From positions 70,565-134,564 of the forward strand of contig JAEWRE010000083.1 of the NCBI GenBank assembly GCA_023460235.1: 64,000 bases of DNA, given 5' to 3'. Both the position numbers and the translations under genes were made by a program. Below the pieces are notes generated by a model. That model was not told the DNA's origin, did not search any database, and was given only the letters and a program-made list of their open reading frames with translations. Every line of letters begins with the position of its first letter. The stretch's first letter is position 1. This DNA is from Bacillota bacterium. GTDB taxonomy: Bacteria; Bacillota; Clostridia; TANB77; CAG-465. This document shows positions 57,923-64,000 of this stretch, piece by piece.

Positions 57923-60900
57923 TTACAAAGCAGCTGAAACTACCAAAACAGGACGGAATCCATAACTACCATCAGCATTACCAGTTCCACCAGGGTAACA
58001 GTCAAAAGCAAACAAGCCTGCTGTAGCTGAACCATAGCAATAGTCTCCACGTCCAAAAAATGGTCCATAAACAATTTCACTTGAATTTGGCATAAAAGAT
58101 TGATCTCCATACCATGAGGAATTAATCTTTATAGTATTGGCATCAATTTTAAGACCTCCATTTGCTGATGTTTCATAAACTGCATCACCTTTTTTACTTG
58201 AATTTGCTGAATAGTTTGCTACATAATCATCAGTTGCACCTTTAGTATATATATCTTTATACTGTGCTGCTGAATTTACTAAGCTTGAACCATATGTTGT
58301 TAAATCACTACTTCCATTATTAACATAAGCTGCTGTGTATTCATCTGCACCACCACTCATGTCATATACTCCATACATGTTTCCTGTAGTACTAGCATTT
58401 ACTCCATAAGTAACATTATTATATGCATATGTATCTGCTGTACCACTTGCACTTACGCTAGTTCCAGCTTGACCAGTTATAAAACTTTTATTTGGGTTTA
58501 TCCAAACTTCACTATTTTTACCATAAATACTATTTGATAAATAAGCTGCTGCTCCCCATTCAATATTTTTCATAAGATGAGTATCAAATCCTGAACCACT
58601 TGTTCCCCATCCATATTTGCTATTTGTTTCCATATTTCTACATGCTGTAAACATTGCATCTATTTTTAAACTTCTTAATGATACTACATTTGGTTTTACA
58701 TCTACTGCTGTTGTTGTTCCACTCGCTTCAAATTTTGCTACCCATATTCCAGTAAGTTGTGTACTTCCAAATGTAAATGCAGTATGCATTGTATATCCAC
58801 TTGTAGTTGATGTACCTGTGCCACTTACAAAATTTACTGCTATTGTTTGAGCTGTTGATGTGTGTGGAGTTGGTATTTTGTACTCATATCTTGGTATCCA
58901 TACCCACATTGAACCATCTGCTGTTTGTGCATTTGCCCAATGTTTATTTGAATAATTGTACCAAGAAGAATCAGAGCTTGTAGTAGCTACAATATTTCCA
59001 TTTACATCCCATTTTATTGGAGTCATTCCTGGTGCTAACACAGGCGCATTAGCATTTGAAGTATCAGGTGTATCATTTATTTGGAAAACTACAGATTTTG
59101 TAATTGTAGCATTACCCAGATTATCATTTACTTTTATCCATAAATAATAATTACCTAGATTGGTATTTGTCAGAGTAGATCCACTTGTAAATGTGTTCCA
59201 ACCACTACTTGGAGTTGTACTGTTTTGTGTATCCCATACATATTGTAATGTACTTGTATTTACCCCACTTCCAGAATCATTAACAGTTACTATTGTGCTA
59301 GCTTGAGATGTAACTGTGCCACCATTTGTTCCAAATGCAACTGTAGGACTTGTTTTATCTATATTTACTACATATCCTGCACTCTCTGCTCCATTTGTAC
59401 CTACATTATTTACTGCTCTTGCTTTTATATATGTTGTTCCTTCTGTTGATACTACTATTTTATTTGTACTGTTGTATGTTTGCCATGCTCCATCATTTAT
59501 ATTGTACTCATATCTTGCTATTCCAGTTGATGTTACTTCATTTACTGTTAATGTTACATTGCTATTTGTCCATGTATTACTTGTTATTGTTCCTGTTATT
59601 ACTGGTGCTACTGGTATATCAGTATTTGTTGTCACACCACTTGACAATACTTCTCTTCTATTTCCTGCATTATCTACTAATAATACATGTAAATAATATA
59701 CTTCATTAGTACTTGATGTTACTGTTATTGTTTGTGTAGCACTTGTAAATACTTCTGCTGTGTTCCATATTTCTTCTGTATCTCCATATGGAGTTGATAC
59801 AGTTGAATATATATATTTACAGTTATTTAAATCCAGCCCACTTCCATTTGTATTGTCACTCATTGTTACTGTTGCTTGTACACTACTTGTTGTTGTAGTG
59901 CCTGGTATTGTTATATTTGCTTCATTTGGAACTGTTGTGTCTACTATTATTTTACCTGATGTTGATGATTTTTTGTTATTTGCTGAATCTACTGCAAGTA
60001 CATGTAAATAATATTCTCCATCTGTTGGTACTTCTAATGCCAGTGTAGCAACATTTCCAACATAGTCTGTTGCACTAAATGCTGTTGCTGTATTCCATGC
60101 AACATCTGTTTCTGTATAATTTGTTGATATTTTATCTATTATGTACTTACTTCCTGTTTTATTTATTCCACTTCCACCATCATTATCGCTTAATGTCACC
60201 GCTATAGGTGTTATAATTAAATTATTTGAGTAGTTTGACATTGATATTTGTGCTGCATTTGGTACCACTGAATCTACTGTTGATACTACTTTTATTTCTT
60301 TTTGCCTTACATCTGCCAAATTATCCATCTTCACTTCTACTTTTATATAATAAGTTTTATTTGCTTCTATTCCTTCTGTTATACTGTAACTTACCGTTGA
60401 ACTTTTTTCTTTTATCTCTTTTATATATGTTTCTGGATAACTTCCACTTGTATCTGATATATATATTCTATAGTAATCTATTTTACTTACATCTACAAAT
60501 GCTCCTGTTAGATTTACTGTTAAGTCTAAACTTGCTTCAGTTGGTACTACAGTTGCATCAATTTTAAAGTCTTTTGATTCTATTACTCCATCACACCATG
60601 ATGATTCTTTTTGGCTATCTCCAACATATACTAGTTCACCAGATATTACTTCCAATTTATCTGGATAATTAGTATTTTCCATTGATGTTATAATATCATC
60701 AATTTTTATTTCTTCATTTTTTTGCTTTGCACCATTTTCATATGAACCTGATTTATCTGCATTTAACAATTTCGCATCATAATTTCCATTAGTGTTTGAC
60801 ATTTTCCCTAACTCATATAATGACAAGTCACTTTTAAATGTGTCTACATCATTTAAAAACTTTGCTTTTTTAGCTGAATCAATTGGATTATTTTTACTCA

Positions 60901-60985
60901 AATTAAGTATTACTGCTCCAGCTAATATTATTATAACGATTATTGTTATAATTAATACTATTAATGAAATACCTTTCTTTTTCAC
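57923..60985 (-). CDS. large membrane-anchored surface protein: N-terminal signal-anchor, roughly 6 Ig-like repeats, C-terminal FGE-sulfatase/C-type-lectin-like domain
   Basis: 1020 aa, GTG start 6 nt after AGGAGG. N-terminus KKGISLIVLIITIIVIIILAGAVI. Repeats each contain SDNDGGSG/SDNTNGSG/NDSGSGV-type turns. The C-terminal roughly 300 aa align to the FGE-domain motif order (WVWIPRYEY ... IWVAKFEAS ... NIEWGAAAYLS ... GVYDMSGGADEYT ... FGRGDYCYGS ... YGFRPVL). Confidence 0.7.
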   Translation of the reverse strand: MKKKGISLIVLIITIIVIIILAGAVILNLSKNNPIDSAKKAKFLNDVDTFKSDLSLYELGKMSNTNGNYDAKLLNADKSGSYENGAKQKNEEIKIDDIITSMENTNYPDKLEVISGELVYVGDSQKESSWCDGVIESKDFKIDATVVPTEASLDLTVNLTGAFVDVSKIDYYRIYISDTSGSYPETYIKEIKEKSSTVSYSITEGIEANKTYYIKVEVKMDNLADVRQKEIKVVSTVDSVVPNAAQISMSNYSNNLIITPIAVTLSDNDGGSGINKTGSKYIIDKISTNYTETDVAWNTATAFSATDYVGNVATLALEVPTDGEYYLHVLAVDSANNKKSSTSGKIIVDTTVPNEANITIPGTTTTSSVQATVTMSDNTNGSGLDLNNCKYIYSTVSTPYGDTEEIWNTAEVFTSATQTITVTSSTNEVYYLHVLLVDNAGNRREVLSSGVTTNTDIPVAPVITGTITSNTWTNSNVTLTVNEVTSTGIARYEYNINDGAWQTYNSTNKIVVSTEGTTYIKARAVNNVGTNGAESAGYVVNIDKTSPTVAFGTNGGTVTSQASTIVTVNDSGSGVNTSTLQYVWDTQNSTTPSSGWNTFTSGSTLTNTNLGNYYLWIKVNDNLGNATITKSVVFQINDTPDTSNANAPVLAPGMTPIKWDVNGNIVATTSSDSSWYNYSNKHWANAQTADGSMWVWIPRYEYKIPTPHTSTAQTIAVNFVSGTGTSTTSGYTMHTAFTFGSTQLTGIWVAKFEASGTTTAVDVKPNVVSLRSLKIDAMFTACRNMETNSKYGWGTSGSGFDTHLMKNIEWGAAAYLSNSIYGKNSEVWINPNKSFITGQAGTSVSASGTADTYAYNNVTYGVNASTTGNMYGVYDMSGGADEYTAAYVNNGSSDLTTYGSSLVNSAAQYKDIYTKGATDDYVANYSANSSKKGDAVYETSANGGLKIDANTIKINSSWYGDQSFMPNSSEIVYGPFFGRGDYCYGSATAGLFAFDCYPGGTGNADGSYGFRPVLVVSAAL

Positions 60986-61017
60986 TTTAAGCCTCCTAGG
61001 TTAAAAATTACACAATA

Positions 61018-61046
61018 AGTATACATCCAAATTTTAGATAATTCAA
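61018..61046 (-). promoter_or_regulatory. putative promoter of the 57923..60985 gene (TTGAAT -17- TATACT, minus strand)
   Basis: Seen in the reverse complement, about 25 nt upstream of the RBS. Confidence 0.35.
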
Positions 61047-61149
61047 CTTTTTTTATTTGTGTAATATAAATGTTATTGATATGAAATATATGTGAAATAT
61101 GCAAAAATAGTAAGCAATTTAAAAATCACTTACTCTTTTTTATTTATTT

Positions 61150-61400
61150 TTATAAATAATCTTTAACCATCAGGGTAGCTCAAAATCCACAAGAAATTGA
61201 TCCAGTTGAACTCCTACATCATTAGATGAAAAACTAAAAATCCCATATGAAATACCAGTTGAATATATGCATCATGTATTATAAAGATCTCATATTCATC
61301 ATAAAGCCTTTAACGGATTTGTATAATACCATGATGAAAAATAATTAGATGTCATTTAATATAATGCATCAACCATTTTTAGAAGTGTTAGCACTGTAAT
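61150..61400. repeat. degenerate approximately 50-bp tandem repeats / pseudo-coding remnant in the spacer between the paralogs
   Basis: Units resemble GAAAT(TGAT/A)CCAGTTGAA(CTCCTA/TATATG)CATCAT...(A/T)GATGAAAAA(C/T)TAA. Both strands give short repeat-like peptide fragments interrupted by stops. Confidence 0.3.
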
Positions 61401-61462
61401 TATCTGTTGAAGTATGATTTGCATTCACATTATATACATATTTACTTTTACTGATATAAACT

Positions 61463-61510
61463 TATTTTTTTGTATTGAGAAAACGGAAGTAATCTTAAAA
61501 TTACTTCCGC
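61463..61510 (-). terminator. terminator after the upstream paralog
   Basis: aacggaagtaat / attacttccgc stem followed by UUUUCUC...AAAAAAA on the minus strand. Confidence 0.5.
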
Positions 61511-61540
61511 TTATACTAACTTTAATTAATTTTAAATCTT

Positions 61541-64000
61541 TTACTTGATATAAAGTACTACACGAAAACTAAGACTTGTTTCCATCCACGAAGATGTATC
61601 ATCATATGAACGATATGCTGTTGAAATATAACTACCACCAAAAGCATAACTACCACTACGATTAATATGAGCAACAGGTGAAATATTAAATAATTCATTA
61701 GTATGTTCTGATGCATTACCAGCTAAATCATATATATTTTTTGCCTTCCAATATTCACTATATCCTGATATTTGTAATGATTTATATCCTGATACATTTG
61801 CTGGTGCTGTTGAATCTTGATGATTACCCCAAGTTCTTGTATCTATTACACTTTTTCCAGAATTTTGTATCCATTTTAATGCTGTATCCCACTGTGTTCC
61901 TGTTACCATGTTTGTTCCCACATAAGTACTATTATATCCATAATTGCTTGCCATACTTTCTGATTGTGCTTTTGCTTCTTCATATTTTATATAATTCCAT
62001 AAATATCCATTATATGTTGCATTTCTTGTTGTTGACCAATTCGTTGTTGTTACATTTGTACTTTTTTTAACTGCTACACGTGTATTCCCTCCATTATAGT
62101 CAAATGCTGCCTCATATCTTCCTATATAAAAACCTTTATATTTACTTGCCATAGTATATTCATTATATCCACTTGGCAATGTATCATCCGCTAGTCTTGA
62201 ATCATTATATCCTATAAATTCAGTACACCATTTTGCATATGGTACATCGCTTCCATCTACTGGAACCCATACAAATTGGTTTCCATATGAATCTTGTATT
62301 ACCAAACCATTATTCCATCCTTGTGGTATTCCATTAGACAAATTCCAACTTGCATCAGTTGTGTTAACTGGACTGAATCCTGCTGGTATTACCGGATTAT
62401 TGTATGTTGGTGTTTTACCATTTATAGTTGTATTTTCATTTTTTGGTGTTCCCGGATTACCTTCTGTACCAGGTGTATTTGAAGTTGGATATTCTGCTAA
62501 TGTTATTGAAACTGTACTTGATGTTCCAACATTTCCTGCAATATCCGATACTCTTACTTTACAATTATATGTTCCTGAACTTACATTACTAAATGTATAG
62601 CTTGTTGCACTTGTTGCTGCAGTCCATGTTATACCATCATCTTTTGAATATTGATAACTTGATGCATTTATTCCGCTTCCTCCAACATCACTTGCTGATG
62701 CATTAACTATTAAATTAGTTCCTGAACTTCCACCATTTGAAGCTATGACACTTGGATTTGTTTTATCTATTCTAACTATATATCCTGTACTTTCTGCTCC
62801 GTTGACGGAAACATTATTTACAGCTCTTGCTTTTATGTATGATATTTGTTCTGTTGTTATTATTATTTTATTTGTGCTGTTATATGTTTGCCATGCTCCA
62901 TCATTTATATTATATTCATATCTTACAATTCCAGGAGAAGCTACTGTATTTACTGTTAATGTTACGTTGCCATTTGTCCAGGCATTACTTGTTACTGTTC
63001 CTGTTACCACTGGTGCTATTGGGGTATCTGTATTAGTTGTTACTCCACTAGATAACACTTCTCTTCTATTTCCAGCTTTATCTACTAATAAAACGTGTAA
63101 ATAATATATTTCATTTGTGCTTGATGTTAATGTTATTGTTTGTGTAGCACTTGTAAATACTGTAGCATTATTCCATATTGCTTCTGTATCTCCATATGGA
63201 GTTGAAGCAGTAGAATATATATATTTGCAATTAATTAAATCTAATCCACTTCCATTTATATTATCGCTCATTGCTACTGTTGCTTGTACGTTATTAGTAG
63301 CTGTACTGCTTGGAATTGTTATTGTTGGTTCACTTGGTGCTGTGGTATCTAATATTATTTTACTTGATGTCGCTGTTACTTTATTTGAGGAATTATCTAC
63401 AGATAATACATGTATATAATATTCTCCATCTGCTGAAACATCCATTGACATAGTTGCTACATTTCCTATAAAATTATCTGCTGTAAAATTTGTTGCAACA
63501 GTTCCCCAGATGTTATCTGTTTCACTATAATTGCTTGATGTATTATCTACTACATATTTACTTCCTGTTTTATTTATTCCACTTCCTCCATCATTATCTG
63601 TTAAAGTTATTGCTACTGGTGTTATAGTTAATGACTTAGAATAATTTGGTACTGATATTTGTGGTGCATTTGGTTTAACTGCATCTGCAACTGAAACCAC
63701 TTTTATTTCTTTTGTTCTCACATCTACTTCATTACTCATTTTCAAATCTACTATTATGTAGTAAGTTTGATTTGGTACTACACCTTCTGTTATATTAAAA
63801 TCTACTTTAGCACTTTGAGATGTTGTCTCAAAAGATGGTTGTGCTGGTCTTTCTCCACTTGCTGTTGCTAAGTAAATTTTGTAATAAGAAATTTTTCCTA
63901 TGTCTACTAATGTCCCACTTAATGAAACTGTTCCACTAATATGAGTAGTGTCAGGGACAGCAGATATATCTATTTTAAAATCTTTAGATTCTATTACTCC
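61541..64000 (-). CDS. large surface protein paralog (5' end beyond window): Ig-like repeat stalk + divergent C-terminal FGE-sulfatase/C-type-lectin-like domain
   Basis: The frame stays open to position 64000. The upstream translation GVIESKDFKIDISAVPDTTHISGTVSLSGTLVDIGKISYYKIYLA...YYIIVDLKMSNEVDVRTKEIKVVS matches residues about 135-230 of the downstream paralog. The ORF-table start at 63745 is an internal TTG. Confidence 0.7.
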   Translation of the reverse strand, partial: GVIESKDFKIDISAVPDTTHISGTVSLSGTLVDIGKISYYKIYLATASGERPAQPSFETTSQSAKVDFNITEGVVPNQTYYIIVDLKMSNEVDVRTKEIKVVSVADAVKPNAPQISVPNYSKSLTITPVAITLTDNDGGSGINKTGSKYVVDNTSSNYSETDNIWGTVATNFTADNFIGNVATMSMDVSADGEYYIHVLSVDNSSNKVTATSSKIILDTTAPSEPTITIPSSTATNNVQATVAMSDNINGSGLDLINCKYIYSTASTPYGDTEAIWNNATVFTSATQTITLTSSTNEIYYLHVLLVDKAGNRREVLSSGVTTNTDTPIAPVVTGTVTSNAWTNGNVTLTVNTVASPGIVRYEYNINDGAWQTYNSTNKIIITTEQISYIKARAVNNVSVNGAESTGYIVRIDKTNPSVIASNGGSSGTNLIVNASASDVGGSGINASSYQYSKDDGITWTAATSATSYTFSNVSSGTYNCKVRVSDIAGNVGTSSTVSITLAEYPTSNTPGTEGNPGTPKNENTTINGKTPTYNNPVIPAGFSPVNTTDASWNLSNGIPQGWNNGLVIQDSYGNQFVWVPVDGSDVPYAKWCTEFIGYNDSRLADDTLPSGYNEYTMASKYKGFYIGRYEAAFDYNGGNTRVAVKKSTNVTTTNWSTTRNATYNGYLWNYIKYEEAKAQSESMASNYGYNSTYVGTNMVTGTQWDTALKWIQNSGKSVIDTRTWGNHQDSTAPANVSGYKSLQISGYSEYWKAKNIYDLAGNASEHTNELFNISPVAHINRSGSYAFGGSYISTAYRSYDDTSSWMETSLSFRVVLYIK

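Noticed and set aside
59350-59709. Plus-strand ORFs inside the surface-protein genes (59316..59696, 59350..59709 poly-Leu, 60226..60567, 62745..63104, 61711..62070)
   Set aside because: These are low-complexity Leu/Phe-rich translations of the antisense of AT-rich coding sequence. They lie fully inside strong minus-strand genes and have no RBS.
57923-60985. Type IV pilin/pseudopilin class III signal peptide at the N-terminus (MKKKGISLIVLIITII...)
   Set aside because: It lacks the G-F/M-T-L-I-E pattern, with no Glu at +5 after the Gly. More likely an ordinary signal-anchor.
57923-64000. Diversity-generating retroelement (DGR) acting on the FGE/C-type-lectin-like C-termini of the surface proteins
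   Set aside because: No reverse transcriptase, Avd-like gene or template repeat occurs in the window. The two 3' ends differ at many positions, not only where a template would carry adenines. No GC-rich IMH element follows either stop; both are followed by ordinary terminators. A DGR elsewhere in the genome acting in trans cannot be excluded.
1-64000. CRISPR arrays, IS elements, integrases or prophage modules
   Set aside because: No regularly spaced direct repeats, transposase/integrase-like ORFs, or phage structural genes were seen.

Overview
AT-rich (roughly 28-30% GC) chromosomal segment from a low-GC Gram-positive (Firmicutes/Clostridia-like) genome. Almost all genes are on the minus strand and compactly packed. 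Most of the window is core housekeeping: clpX(partial)-clpP-tig, typA, cmk/plsC, serS, engB, PadR+DUF2812, mnmA + cysteine desulfurase, mtnN, rpe (here fused to an AlkD-like domain)-rsgA, a tRNA-Met(CAT) with a textbook sigma-A promoter, trmL, two tandem MacB-type fused ABC ATPase/permeases, dagK-like kinase, a radical-SAM/SPASM protein, lysS, greA, cdaA, glyQS, pnp, uppP and PBP1A. No transposase, integrase, CRISPR array or reverse transcriptase was seen. Accessory or unusual content: (i) a cyclic beta-1,2-glucan-synthase-like gene (GT84 membrane glycosyltransferase + GH94 phosphorylase) encoded as two overlapping, apparently translationally coupled ORFs (2265..9909); (ii) two tandem paralogous giant membrane-anchored surface proteins (57923..60985, and 61541..>64000 running off the window edge). 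Each has a conserved stalk of Ig-like repeats and a strongly divergent C-terminal FGE-sulfatase/C-type-lectin-like head. A 555-bp spacer between them holds degenerate pseudo-coding repeats; (iii) a MazF/EndoA-type toxin with no adjacent antitoxin, sitting between a membrane protein and PBP1A; (iv) several unusual domain fusions: Rpe+AlkD-like, P-loop+Asp23, and REC + histidine-kinase-like domain with the phospho-acceptor His replaced. All functional calls rest on recognising conserved motifs and domain order in the supplied translations. No database search was possible.
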